A DNA stretch of 64,000 nucleotides from Kudoa neothunni (Eukaryota > Animalia > Cnidaria): NCBI GenBank assembly GCA_964304625.1, contig OZ199838.1, forward strand, positions 8,331,594 to 8,395,593, in the 5' to 3' direction. This document shows positions 1-13,704 of this stretch, piece after piece. The stretch's first letter is position 1; each line of letters starts with the position of its first letter. The notes beneath the pieces are model-generated. The model saw only the letters and a list, made by a program, of their open reading frames with translations. It was not told where the DNA came from and did no database searches. The position numbers and the translations under genes were made by a program.

Positions 1-204
1 TTTGGTTAATATATATATATATATATATTTAAACTAAAATTATTCATAAATTTCAACAAAAAGAAATTGAGAATAACAAATTTACACTCGTGGTTGGTTC
101 AAACTCTAGGGAATGAAAAATTAGGGATTAATTGTTAGGGTTTCCTTCAACTCAACTATGATGGAACTTCCCCATCAACTGGGACGACGATTGCCTATAG
201 CAGG

Positions 205-351
205 CAGGGATTCTCAACCGGAGTAAATTTTAAATGACAGTGGTAAATAAGGTTACATCAAAATTTGATTAGGGAAATTTTTTCATAAAGGGATGTGTGG
301 CGTACTAAGTGATTTCTAAGGTGTTATATTATTTAGGGCTATTAAACTTAA
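205..351 (+). mobile_element. hAT (Charlie-like) non-autonomous element, left-end fragment, interrupted at TTAA by a piggyBac-derived element
   Basis: Starts CAGGGATTCTCAACC; the following ~140 bp align by eye with 31879-32005 (CAGTGATTCTCAAC...). Confidence 0.6.
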
Positions 352-1337
352 CCTTTCAGGTACTTTTGGGGTCATTATACCCCAAGCCATATAAAATTTT
401 TTTGTTGACTCCTTCCAATTATCTAAATTTTCTAAAACTCGGTCTATTCTTATAAAATTTCTTACACTGTATGCCTACCAAATAAGTTTTGAATTATCAT
501 TTAGGAATAAAAAATGAAATAAAAATTATACATTTAGTATCGATAAAATCGATGTACGCAAAAATAAGATACAAAAAAATATCATAACTTACACTAGATT
601 ATCTTATTTGGGTGACGGTAAAAACTGTGAGTTCTATCAGCGCTAAGTAATTTCGACACTTGGTGCTTTTGGGTCCAATATAATCCGCTATTTTATTTCA
701 TCATTTCATGTATAAAATTATAATAAAATGGAATTGAGAATATTAGCAAAATCTATCAGCGAAATACTGAAAAAAATGAAATATACTAGTCAGCGAGTTT
801 ATTCGATTATACACGAACCGAGATTATTACAGATATTTGTCTTCATAGAGGCCTTTTACGAAATATATTCCGCCGATTATAATTCCTACTTCAGTGAAAT
901 CATCGATTCTTCTGATTTTATTGATTCTATCACTAATGTATCTGAATATGATGACAATAACCTTATCTGGACCGCAGAAGCTATATAAACCTCCAAAATA
1001 TTAAAAGAAAACTTTTTAAGTAAGGCCTCTTGCCTTATGAATGTTGCAGCCCAGAGCATCTTTCATATAACGGATTTGTTGACATATTCTTGGAAGGAAA
1101 TTTTTACAGAAATATTGCATGTAATGCCAATATGTTTGATTTTCATTATTATAATCATTGTTGCAAAGTGCTTTCAGCTATTGAAAATGGTTCTTACCAT
1201 GGTTGGAACACTTAGAGTTAATAAGAGAAATGTTCCTCGTATAATTAACAAAATAAACCGGGAACTCATTTAGCACACTTTTTCTGTTTAATAAAAAGAA
1301 AATACTAGCCTCTTAAGTCCCTAAAATAATAAGGATT
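352..1337 (+). mobile_element. Degenerate piggyBac-family element, 5' part (copy 1)
   Basis: Begins after TTAA (348-351); long near-identical blocks with 23090-23875; acidic ORF remnants 728-1215; truncated where the Merlin element starts. Confidence 0.7.
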
Positions 1338-2506
1338 GGACCTCATTTGATATCCGCCCCAAATAATCTTATAACATTATCGAGATCAACGAATTTGGCT
1401 AATCGTTTGTTTGCCGTCGCTAACACTAATGCCGCATCATGAGGATTATTGGCTCACAAACACAATATATAAGGATTAAGTCGCTATTTACAAACAACCA
1501 CACAACAATGATTGCACCAAGAAAGGCATTCGATAAAATTTCCAATGAAGAGAAAAATTACATCAATTATCTCATTGAACGTGGCATTCTAATTGCAGTA
1601 AATATGGTGGAATTAGATTTTCGATCCACAGAAAAAATTGGCGATGTTGTGCAAAGTCTTGCCGGAAAGAGGTCTCTATTTTTGACTATACGATCTTTAA
1701 AAATATGAAACTCAAAGTTAATGATTTCATGGAGATGGTTTATTTATTGGTTAATGGGTGTAAAAACCCTAAACTTGATCATTATTACTGGCCACTCTTC
1801 TCAAATTATCACTAACTATCCCCACTACCTTAGACAAATGATGGTCGATAGTTTAGGATTCGAGGACATCATAATTGGAGGAGAACACACAGTCGTAGAA
1901 ATTGATGAACCCAAGTTTGGTAAAATAAAGCATAACAAAGGCCATGGTGTTAATGGAACATGTGTTCTTGGGGGTGTCCTTTCGACACCCCAAAGAAAAT
2001 TGTTCCATATTGAAGTTCCCGATAGAACGGCAGAAACATTAATAGAAATAATAAAAACTCACGTAAAGCCATATTCAATTATAATAACCGATTCTTGCAA
2101 GAGTTATTCTACATTGCATAACTTCTATCAGCATTTAACAGTTAATCATTGCATTGAATATGTTGATAGTACTACTGGAGCACATACAAACACAATTTAA
2201 GGTACGTGAGGAGCTATAAAGTACAAAATTTCACCTAGAAATAGAACATCTTCAGTACAAGATGATGGCTCTGTTTCTATGGATGGAATCAACGAACTCC
2301 TAGCAGAATTTCAGTGGAGGCGAAAAAACTGTAATGATCTCTGGGATGGTTTCATCTGTGCACTTCAAACCGTGATGTATGACATCGTATTAGAATAACT
2401 ATAGACCATTACTTACATATCGTTATTATTAAATATAATCTTGTTTATTACAAAATAAATCTTTTTTCGAACGGGGCTTAAAGGGGGCGTATATCAAATT
2501 TCAGCC
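1338..2506 (+). mobile_element. Merlin (IS1595/ISXO2-like) DNA transposon, pseudogenised transposase
   Basis: ORF 1721-2200 has VVEIDE.KFGK.K.NKG, V.DRTAETL, IITD and VNH...VD..TGAHTNTI motifs; imperfect TIRs GGACCTCATTTGATATCCGCCCC / reverse complement GGCTGAAATTTGATATACGCCCCC. No clean TSD seen. Confidence 0.85.
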
Positions 2507-2972
2507 CATATATAGATTTTTATCGCATCTAAAACCATTAGTAAAACCTTTAAAATATACATATCAAGTCATATACGTTAAACTCCACAAATAAGGAATG
2601 TATTTTCACAAAACCCCAAATTTACGTGCCAACATTATATAAAAAATTAGATGGCATCGCTTAATTGAAATTTAATAGAGTATATAAGGGAAAATGTAAA
2701 CTTCAACCGACTTTCAGCAGGTCATAATTAATGTTAATCCTATTGTTGAACTAAAGTAATCCGATAAACAAACTTTGAATCGACAAAATCATCATTTTTT
2801 GAATACTTCTGGGAACATTTGGTATTGTAAAAACGATTTAAAAATATATTTGGAAACTTGCGGTTTCTAAAAAACTTCATAAATGTCTCTCTATAACGAA
2901 AAAATTTTGACGCACATGCGTACTTGATGACACGTGCACACGGACACTTCAACTGTATATATATAGTAGATA

Positions 2973-3783
2973 CTAGCGCAAAAGCCCCGCTTCGCATAGG
3001 CTTCTTTGCCCGGCAATGCAGACTAAAGCCTTGAGTAGGCCAAGGTCATTTTAAGTTAAAAGTCAATTATAATTATTTTATCGTTCTTTTGACAACAATG
3101 TTGATCGAAATAAACAGCATTAACCCGATCATCTTCACTTTCTTCTTTATTGGAATTTATTTTCATTTAGAAATCATATGTTCTACAACTCACGTGGCGT
3201 ATTAATCACTTTAACTAACCCCTCGATGAACTAACTAATCTAAACGTTTACTAACGATGTTTCATTTAATTATAACGTGCTAACATCATTATATGTTTAT
3301 TTTGAAAATATTTAAAATTTTTTATCTTTAATTAAACGTGCAAAGTAAATAATTTATTCTCGTGCATTAATCTCCAGTTTAAACAACAAATCTTCGTTTA
3401 CACCGAGTTCCCGCCTACGCACGAAAAAATGTTGTGGATCGCCTTAAGTACGTCCAAAAGTAGGAAAGAATAAACATTCAAAGTTTCAGTTGTATTTACA
3501 TACAGAATATTAGGGTTATCCACGTATATCATTGAACTCGTTTGGAAATCATGTGCAGTGGTAATCTCGTTATCATCAGCGTTAATCTACCTACAAAAAG
3601 TTCATACTACAAATTTACCAATTTGTAAACAATCAGACAGCTTCATTTTATTTTTGTAGTTGATTTAGTAGTTTTAAAGTATATTAAAAGCCTTATCAAG
3701 CATAAAAAGTCTCTGTATAAGGAGAAGATTTGTGTGTACACAGACAGATACACACACTGAAACTATTACTTTATATATTAGGA
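2973..3783 (-). mobile_element. Non-autonomous Helitron-like element
   Basis: On the minus strand it starts A|TCCTAATATATAAAG and ends with a GC-rich GCGAAGC hairpin then CTAG|T; CAGA-type microsatellite remnants near the 5' end. Confidence 0.6.
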
Positions 3784-5018
3784 TCGATAGATTTTGTGTA
3801 AAAATTATTTTAGTTAACATTGTTAAAATCAAATATAGGTGAAACTTCATTTAAGTTCTTCACGTCTTATGTGTCACCCGCCATTCTTGACTTGGCTCGT
3901 ACATTACGATTTTGAATTCCCTTTATTGCGCACTACCCGTAAGTCATCGTAATTGATAATTAGTTTAGATAATTTAAATTTATAAATGAGATCTTTTAGG
4001 ATTAAAATTCGACATTATTCCATAATGGCCTGATCACATCTAAATTTAAAGATAATCATCTGTAACATGTTTTAACCTTGTGATAATGTGACTCCAAATA
4101 ACATAATATCAATATTGTATAAGAAACTGCTTTTATAGATTTTACATGAAATAACCGATCAAAATGATGGCCATTATCAATCTATCAATGTAAAAATAAT
4201 TGTTAAAGAACAAAAAATCTCCCATAGGGATTAACTATTCTTTGAGATACTAACGTTGGAGCTAGTTTAAGCTATATTATAATTAATTACATCACGTATG
4301 TGATTGAGTGTGAAAAAAATAAAAAGAGAGAATGCATTAAAGAGTGAACGCTGCACAGTACAACTTAATGCATGAAAGCAGAATGTAAATATGCGTGCGC
4401 AAACACGGGTGATTATCTGATGTGTTTCTTGGTCTAAGCTTAACCATTGCTTTTTCGGCTTTATGAAAACATTAAGTATAAATTAATGATAGATTAAAAA
4501 TATTGGTACATTTTGATGTTATTTTATTAATCAATTTCTGAAGTGGAAGTGACGCTTTGAGTTTTGACCACATTATAATAACCTTTGAGGTATTATAATT
4601 TTAATGAACATCGTTACTATTATCATTAAATTTAATGGATTTGCTGAGAAAAAATTTATCATTCCAGTGCAATAGCGTTGATAAAATATACACAGTTGAT
4701 CATAAAAAATATAAATTTATTGAATCCTTACAATCCTGAGGTCACTAATGTGAAGTATATTAAGGTGAGTGTTTGATATCGATGACTCTAAGGGAGGGAA
4801 TATAAAATAAAATTTTTCATTTTTATTTAGCAATATTTAATTTAGATAAATATTATCACTCTGGTTTTTAACAAAACTTTGCGTCTTGCTATTGCGATAG
4901 GTGTGGAAAAGGGAATATGCTTAGATAAGGATAATTCGTTAAATCAGATTATTTTTTTAATAAAAGATTACATTAGTTAATCCAGTATCATTGATAATTA
5001 GGTAATATTTGAAAGTCA

Positions 5019-6121
5019 ATGGCTGACTCCGATGATCACACAAGAAAGCTGTGGATAAAATATAAGAGTGATTACGATTATGTATTTGACAAAGACGATG
5101 AGGAACGTTTTTTTCACATATTCAGTGAAAACTGTCGTTTCATCTCTAATGAGAACAATATACGAGAACACCAATATAAATGTGAAATAAACTCCACTGC
5201 TCACATAGTAATTTTTATTATTAATTAATTGATTAATGGAATATTACAAATATTTCTGTTACATATTCATAAACCAATAAATATACATAATCATAGAATC
5301 ACAATGAATATATGAACCTACTGGTGAAAGAAGCATTTGACCCTACAAAAGTGGCCCAACCAAAACTAATTAAAAACAAAAAGTTAAAAGGAAACGCAAA
5401 GAAAAACTTAGATTGGAGAATATCCAGTGGGGTTACTGAATCCAAAAAAATTGATTATTTTTGGAAGAAAAAACACTTATGGGTTCAAACCATTTTCGAC
5501 TGTGTTGAATCATTGTACAAAATCCAAAAGAAATCTACAATAGTTTTGTCATCTACGCAGTTTGAAAACGAACTTAACGAGATGTCCAATGTCGGAGTAA
5601 CCGGGCTCACTCAGTGGGCTTTATTGCACGCTCAAGGTGTGGGTTTTGTTAGTGAAAAGTCTTATGGTGACGAAGTAATATTTATTGCCCGCTAGAAATT
5701 ATAAGCAGTTTTAGAATCCCCTACAAGCTCTTGAAGATATAAAAACCTATAAAATCGAGGGATACGATCGAATAAAGGCAAAAAATTCCTTTATTGAAAA
5801 GGCTCTCACACATTACGGACCAGCAATTGCCAATATTGATGCTAGTGAAAAATCATTTAGGTTTTACAAAAGTGGTATCTACAATCCAACTGGAATTCCA
5901 TTGAAATCCACGGTGAACCATTGTGTTCTACTTGTTGGATACGACCATACTTCAAAGCGAGGAGCTTGGATCGTCAAAAACTGGTATTTTATACGAAAAA
6001 ACTTTTGGATTTATTTTTTTCTTCTAGTTGGGGCAAGGATTGGGGGAACGATGGATTTATTAACATTGATATGAAAAGTGAAGTTTGTGGAGTCAACTCA
6101 AGCGTTCATGTTATTTATTAA
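5019..6121 (+). CDS. Papain-family (C1A) cathepsin-L-like protein, catalytic Cys absent; 4+ exons, true start possibly further upstream
   Basis: I29-like prodomain (WIKYKSDY...EERFFHIFSEN..FI..EN), mature LDWR, YGPAIANIDAS..SFRFYKSGIY, NHCVLLVGY, WIVKN.WGKDWGNDGF, CGV; GT-AG introns at ~5208-5296, 5675-5714 and ~5984-6027. Confidence 0.85.
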
Positions 6122-6657
6122 TTGGCATGCTTTCATTATTATAACTTGATATCAAGTAAGATAATAACTGTTAGAACCTCATTTTTTCTCGTTTTTTCGA
6201 TTGTTTAAATTTATTGACTTTAAATTTTAACGTAAATATCTTACCAAAATGTTTTCTTTAATTCTAGCCACGTCGCTGAGGTTTATTTTTTTTATTGTTA
6301 TAATTTTATAAAACTAATGGATATACTTTGCTAAAATCCGCCAAACTGCACTCAATATTTTTAAAGTTTACCTAGATTATACAACAAATCAGAGCAGGTG
6401 ACGTTACGTAATTTGTAGATTGTAGCGATCGAATTCACCTAGATATATTTCGTTTTATTTTTAATCATAAAAATAAGATTCTCGTCTATTATCTAGTTAA
6501 TTTCTGTCGTAATATTCTATAACTTACATACTTCAATTTTATACAAAGAAAAAATTACTCCACTTTAACTCTATAACACTTTTAGGTTGTAATACGCTCC
6601 AAAAATTTCCGATTCGTAAAGTAATTGCACTTGGCGCGTGCGCCGTAATATCTATAC

Positions 6658-9600
6658 CTGGCACGTGGTGTCAGGGTAGGCAGTGCCTACCCATTTAATC
6701 AAAATTAATGGTAATGGTATAGTGTGCTGCTCCCAAAATTCGGCCCCTCGCATATCTGTAAATTTACCGACATTAGACCGATTCGAATATTTACAATTTT
6801 AAAATATGGTCTGTATACTAATAAACCACAATAATCATTCAAATATTCGGTTAAAGTTCGGTTCCTCCCCCCTTCGGCGTCCGCCGGTTACCCGCCATCG
6901 GTACTAGTTGGGGTTCCGGCTGTTTACATTTTCTGGAGTACGCTTCCTGCAATCTTCAATTATGAAAATTTAGATGACCTAAATTTTGAAGACTTATGTT
7001 ACTTCAAGGATCATCCTGAAAATTTAATTATTTTTTTCAGCAACTTGACTTGCTACAAACACAATGGTTTGTTCCTGTGGAGGTCCAATGAAACTTTCTC
7101 CGAGGAACAATTAAACATATTTATATTTTGTAGATTTTATTTTATTGTAAAAATCTATATAATTATGTCTTTTTCCGATCGTCAATGATTAAATATCTTT
7201 AGTGAATTACGGCATTGTTAAGTTTATTTTAATTAGTGGTAAGTGTTAACCTATTATTTTTTATAATGATTATATATATATATATATTTATTAAATAATT
7301 AAAGTTTTTGTATAAAATAACAAAATCTTCCGAAAATTAAGTTAAAAGAGATTATTTTACATTAACATAGTCTCATTAGGATACAATTAAAAAAGAACAT
7401 GTTGTAAAATATGAAAAATATATACTATTTATATTTAAAATGTAATCTTATTTTAGATTTTATACCGTTATCTATCATTTGTTTTAAAAAATAACAAATA
7501 AAATCCATAATTAATCAATAATATCTATAATACCATCCAAAATATTCGTTTATATATAATTCTCAAATTTAATGATAAAAACTTATATTAATTTATATCA
7601 TATATTGTTATGCACATAAATTGACACCTTATTTTATAATTTTTTAACATTTAAAATAATACATATTATATTTTTTCAATTGATATATTTTGTTTAATTA
7701 CGTCCAACTAAAGTAAACCAGATTTTATTGGGTCTATTTGTTATGAAACGTGACCCGATTAGTAACGATGACGGGTAACCGGTGGATGCCGGAGGCGGGA
7801 GGAACTGGACTTTAACCCAAATATTCTTATAAAATTACAAAAAATTCGATGTATTAGCGGTAAGATAGGCACAAGTCGTCTCTGCCTTCTAATCGTTATA
7901 TAAAATCCACGTAAAATTTCGTGGCTAGCACGTGCCGCATCACTGCGTTTTAATGGCTGACCGTAGGCAGAATTTATACTGCCTACTGTTGAATCACGTG
8001 ACCTTTCTAAAATATTTCAGTTGTGCGTGCTCTATTTGTTCAGTGTTTTCTTAATTTTAATCAAAGATAATTTTTAAAATACGATAATCTATATGACAAC
8101 TATACTGGGAATATCACTCAAAGTTAATACTAATTATTGCCCTACATGTCATAAGAGCCCGCGCCTCTGTTAGTCTTACTTCATCTCTTCAAATATGGAT
8201 AGCAGATATCTTAAAGAGTTTTCAAAACTTCCTTACAAAAATAAATTACAAATTATAAGAAATGGTAGTCTGACTCCTGGTCTTAAAGAACTTAAACAAC
8301 TGAAAGGGAAGACATTTATCAGGACGTTTAATAATTCGTGATATGAGAAAAAAGAGGGGTTATGTGGGTGTGCTGTAACAATAAGGCTATTTTGTTTCCC
8401 ATGTTTGCTTTTTCCGATGACTAATGAAAGTGTGTGGATCAAAGAAGGATATTTCGACTTAAATAATTTACCGATCGCTTTAAATAAGCATGAGCGATCC
8501 GCAGCGCACTATAAAAATCAAGTTTCATGGAAAACATTTGGATCTATATGAGTAGAATAGTTTCTTGATAAACAGAAGAATATATCAGTTGAAGTTCACA
8601 ACAAGAATGTTACGGAAAACAGAAAGATATTGAAAACTTTGATCCGTGCAGTTTGTTTTTTGATTAAACAAGAACTTACTTTTCGCGGCGATAATGAACA
8701 CAAGCTGTCTTTAAATCGTGGCAAATATTTGGAGTTGTTGAATTATACCGCAAAATTTGACGAAAAATTATCGTATCGTTTACAGAATTCATCTGTTTTT
8801 CTGGTATTTCCAACAGGATTCAAAATGATCTGATTGAGGCTATAAAGGTGGTTTTTGAGAATAATATTAAAAAGGAATTAGCACAGGCTCCATTCGTTGT
8901 GATAGAAGTGGATGAGACGAACGATATCGCATGCACATCTCAATGTTCAACAATGTTAAGATACGTATTGGGACCAAAAATTAAGGATGTTTTCATTGGA
9001 TTTCATACTCCTCGTGGCAGAACAGCGGGTGGTGTAACGGAATGTGTATTTAAAAACATATATCAATACAACATCGAAGAGAAATTAGTCGCACAAACGT
9101 ATGCTGGAACGATAGTTATGGCATTCCACTTAAATGCAATTCAGTCATAAGTTCGACAAAAGATATCGACCTCGCTGTTCACTCACTGTTATGCCCATAA
9201 GTTAAATCTTGTGTTGTCACAATCGGCCAAATTTATTCCTGATTGTACGAGCTTTTTCAAGAATAATGAAGTAATTTCTTATTTTTTCAAAAATTCAGCT
9301 AAACGGGTTCAATTTCTTGATGAGATTATGTTGAGACACATTCCAACAGCAGCGGCAACGAGATGGAATTTAAATTCAAAATTAGCGCAGATGATATTAG
9401 AGTATCACGATGATCTTCGCAAACTTTTCTACAATATAAACAACAATCCCTCATCTTGGGATTCGGACACTTTACTTTGAAGTATTGGACTTTACAATTG
9501 GCTGAAAAACGACTCAACATATTTTTTACTGATGATATATAATGAAATTTTCGTTTTAACTGGTGCGCTCTTCCATATATTGCAGACGAAAATGATAGAC

Positions 9601-10320
9601 ATTGCGTATTGTATCGAAAGAATCAATGTAACAATAACAAAGCTTGAGGATATGCTCATAAAATTTTAGTCATTGTATTATAATTTCGAAAAATATTGTC
9701 AAGAAAATATCTTCATTAGACCTATCCTTCCCCTCAATGTGACACAAAAAATGAAAGAGCGATATTATTGGGTACAATAGTCGGTGATTAATAAAGAGTC
9801 TGAGAACGAGATCTAATGATTTCGAAAATCTCAAGTTTATTTCATTGATTAATAGAAATAATTTTGACAATTCATCGTGCCAAATTGACACGAGTGTCCT
9901 TGAAAGTCTGCAAACGAATTATAAAAAAAGCTTTGACATTTTAATACTGAAAGGCGATATGGCCAGAATTTATAATGCTCACATATTCAATGAATAGTCC
10001 CCTATAAAATTGTTCGATTTTATCTCCCAAAATTAACTGGACCAAATATTTCCCGAAGTTGTCAATTTGTTACAATTAATTTTAACGATTCCTGAAACAA
10101 CCGTTTCTGTGGAAAGATCGTTTTCTGCATTGAAACGAATTAAAAGCTACACCTGGAACAGGATGACAAACCAATGACTTTCTTCCCTTGCATTAATATC
10201 GATTGAAAAGGAAAGACTTAACCAAATGGAACAAGGCCCGACCTTCAATTTCTATAAAAAGGTGATTGATACCTTTGCTACAACAAAAGAAAGAAGAATA
10301 GGTTTCCTTTATAAGTAGAA
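6658..10320 (+). mobile_element. hAT element with ZMYM1-like (DUF4371/hATC) transposase pseudogene
   Basis: Left end CTGGCACGTG...TAGGCAGTGCCTACCC; fragments 8200-10318 give FRGDNE...NRGKYLELL, VDETND, HCYAHKLNL, TRWN and SVERSFSALKRIK with stops and frameshifts. Right end not located. Confidence 0.85.
6849..7817 (+). mobile_element. Merlin-derived non-autonomous element nested in the hAT element
   Basis: ~60 bp imperfect TIRs (GGTTAAAGTTCGGTTCCTCCC / GGGAGGAACTGGACTTTAACC); perfect 9 bp TSD CAAATATTC (6840-6848, 7818-7826); internal CSCGGPMKL zinc-ribbon remnant. Confidence 0.8.
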
Positions 10321-13300
10321 AAATACAAAACACCAACTTTCAAATATTTTTGTAATCCTAACTTACAGAAATGATTTATCCGCTTTATTTTGGCCTATCA
10401 TAGCATTATTGGTTTGTATTATAAAATATTGTAAAAATAATCTCTTTATTATCTAATTTAGATGTTTACATAGCATAGAACAAAGTCGATAATTTAAATT
10501 AAGAATGTTTTATGGCGTTAACTAGATGTTACCTCCATAATAATTGTTAAGAATGGATTAATATTAATTTCATGATATATAAATCATAATAATATAAAAA
10601 TATATCATTCAATTATTATTGTAACCTATCTAGTTTGATAAGGAGACGTTCACATTCCAAATAAATCGTTGGAATATAAATTAATTGCATTCTCACGCAT
10701 AAACGTTAATTTAATTAAGCAAATATTTTAAAATCCTGAAAAGTTCGATTTCGAATTGTAATATCTTATTTTTAGTCTACGAATACAACCTAAGAATTAC
10801 AATTTCCGGTAAGTAATTATTACAAAATCTATTGAGCAATAATTCTTACTCATTAAATCAAAACTAATTTTCTTGAAAGATTATCTGTAGATTCGACATT
10901 TTTTAGTTTCCTATGTGCAAATATAAATAGTTAAAATTTTCTTGTATCAAGGCACCGGCTACCTACCCAGAGCAAATACCCACTGCACGTGCCTGATCTA
11001 TATGGTGTAACCTCGGACTTAGGCCACAATCCATTCTGAGTGTGTTCGAACTCCGAATAATTTTTCCCCGTGAAAAATAATGAAAATAAGTTTAATTCAT
11101 TACTGCTCATCAAATAAATGACTATTTTTATTCCTATTTATTAAAAAACAAGCATTCCCTGTGTTTATAAAATAGAACAAATAAATATTTAATATAATGA
11201 TAAAAATTAAATATAGGATGTAACAAAATGTCCGAACTGATATTTGGGTTAAAGTTTACTTTAGCCGTTATTTGAAACTGCGTTATTAGCATTAAAGGCG
11301 GTGGTGCCATAACGTTCTGCTCCCGATCTCGCATAGGTGATTGATGGATTACAACCTTTATAATCCACATGCTACATAGGTTAAATATTTTTGGGTTGTC
11401 AAACGATACAATATATAAGGGGTTCTCTTTTTATGACGTTCGAAAAATTTGATTGAGCGAATCTTCTAGAATTTCTTTTCTCAACTTTTTATTCCAACTA
11501 GATTTGTTCTGAATAACTTTTCTATAAGTGTTCGAACTCAGAGACGTTCGAAATCCGAGGTTGCACTGTACAGAGATCGCCAAAGTTTTGCATACTCGGC
11601 AGGGGTTGGCAAAAATTAATTGCAATCATTACACTTACAAAAACAAGTTTTATTTAATATTCAAAAATCCTTAATCGTCGTTTCAGTCTTCTTTTTATAT
11701 TGAAAATTTAACTGTTACAACATATTTTTTAAATTTGAACATAATGTTTCATTTTTGACGTATAACAAAAGAATTCTTCAATTAAGCCATTAAGTGACGA
11801 TAAAATTTTAATATATCTATTTATTCAACAACGAGAAAAGATCGAGAATCCGCGTTATAACGTTGTTTTTACATTACCAACCAAAAAAGTTGGAGCGGTT
11901 TTGATCTCCATTGAGCTATATAAAAATTGGAAATTCTTAGGTTTTCTCGCGCCGAAATTGGTTGGAAGCATGTTTAACTTAATTACGTTCGCTTGTACTT
12001 CAAATTTTATTCACTTCATGTATATTCGACATACTATTGCTTATTTATCCACAAATAATATTTTTAAGATCATATTAATGCTAATATTAGAATTAAAACT
12101 TAAAAATTAGTCAGCAGACGTAAGAATTTTACTCTTTAAAATCGTGATCTTTGTACTTTATTGTTCGAAGTCTTTTCACAATTAATTTAATAATAATGAA
12201 ATATTGAGTGTAAAATTTCAGTTTAAAAAATTGATAAATTCCTATTTTCTCGACATCTTGCTCACGCGTAATTTCCTTGTTGTTTACGAAAACCTGAAAA
12301 TTGTCTTATGATTTGCATATTTTTGCACATCACTTCCTTAAAATAATTTTTTCATTAAGAAATTAACAGATTAATTACTAATGTGCTCTGTTAACCGAGT
12401 GTTATATCAAAATGGAGTTTTTAAGTTTTAAAGACAATTACGACTTTTTTTGGTTATTAATGATAACGAATTTTTCTTTGATAGTTTCTTTGAAAAAATT
12501 ATCTCAGAAATTATCCGATTTAACCAAAAAATTTCAAATGTATTATTTCCTATCCTAATAAAGCAAAAAATAAATTTTACTAATGTAGTCTCCCTTATAT
12601 ATTCGTTTAAACAGAGCTTTTATGTTAAAGACAAATTTCGGCAATATAAACTCAAAAACCCCTGGATAAGATTTGTAGCGCTTTGATCAATATATATTGA
12701 GGTTCCGACAAAAAGTTATCTTTTCACAAGTTCAGATACTAATAATTAACATAAATGTTTATTTTAATTCTGGCTTATTTACATTTATTAAAATAATAAG
12801 GTTAAATTTGTTAACATTAAATTATTTTGTTATCAGACCATTAAAAAATTTTTTAGATAAATTTCAATTAATCGAAATTAAAATTAATTGATTGCGAGAC
12901 AAACAATTGATTTTTTTAAATAAAAAGAAAACACTAGGAGAAAAATAACAAAAAATATAATTTCTTACTGACAACATTAGTTTGTACTCACGTATGAAAC
13001 ATGAAATTAACGCATCTCCGATATTTTCCTCACTGGGGGATTCCAATTAAGTTGCCTCGATCATATGCAAAACCTTGAAATATTTATCCTATAGTTGGAT
13101 CCTATAACAATATTTTTATATCTCAAGCTGAAAAATTTTTTTAAACATTTATTGGATTGTAGAACAATCAATTTTAACTAGCTTGTGTGGTAAACCTACA
13201 ACGGTGGAATCAAACGGATTTTGAAATGTACATATTTTTGAAAAATGCACATTTCTATTTTTTATAACTTCCACTTCAATTAATGGTGCATAAATAATTA

Positions 13301-13704
13301 TCTTATCCAAGTAACATAAAGCAAGTATTAAATCATCCCCCCGCAAAAAGCAAATGTTATTAAAATATGATATATCGGACGTTGATTTATTTTGTTTAAC
13401 ACATTCAATTTAAAATAAAAATTTAATCAAATAAATTCATTCATTTATTTATTTGAAAAATTTCTATAAAAATCTGTATCTATGGCAAAATATAAAAACA
13501 GGTTCTCAAAATTATCATAGTTTGTTTTTTAGATTATAGTTCACAGCGTTGATGCAACATGAATAAATTCGATGAGGGTAACAACAAATTTAGATGTAAA
13601 CTGTCAAGATAATGCATAAAACTAAAATAACAAGTATAAATATTAAGTCTACAATAAGTATTCGCATTAAGACTAATTTAAATGGTAGACAGTGATTGGT
13701 GTAA

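Noticed and set aside
9-28. (AT)n microsatellite (also ~7271 and ~47514)
   Set aside because: Ordinary simple repeats in an AT-rich genome.
728-1273. Duplicated host gene (also at 23270-23845)
   Set aside because: Both copies lie inside piggyBac-type termini with different frame breaks; best read as decayed transposase sequence.
1721-2200. Bacterial IS1595 or contamination
   Set aside because: Context is eukaryotic with intron-containing genes; eukaryotic Merlin elements carry the same domain, and one here appears to have an intron.
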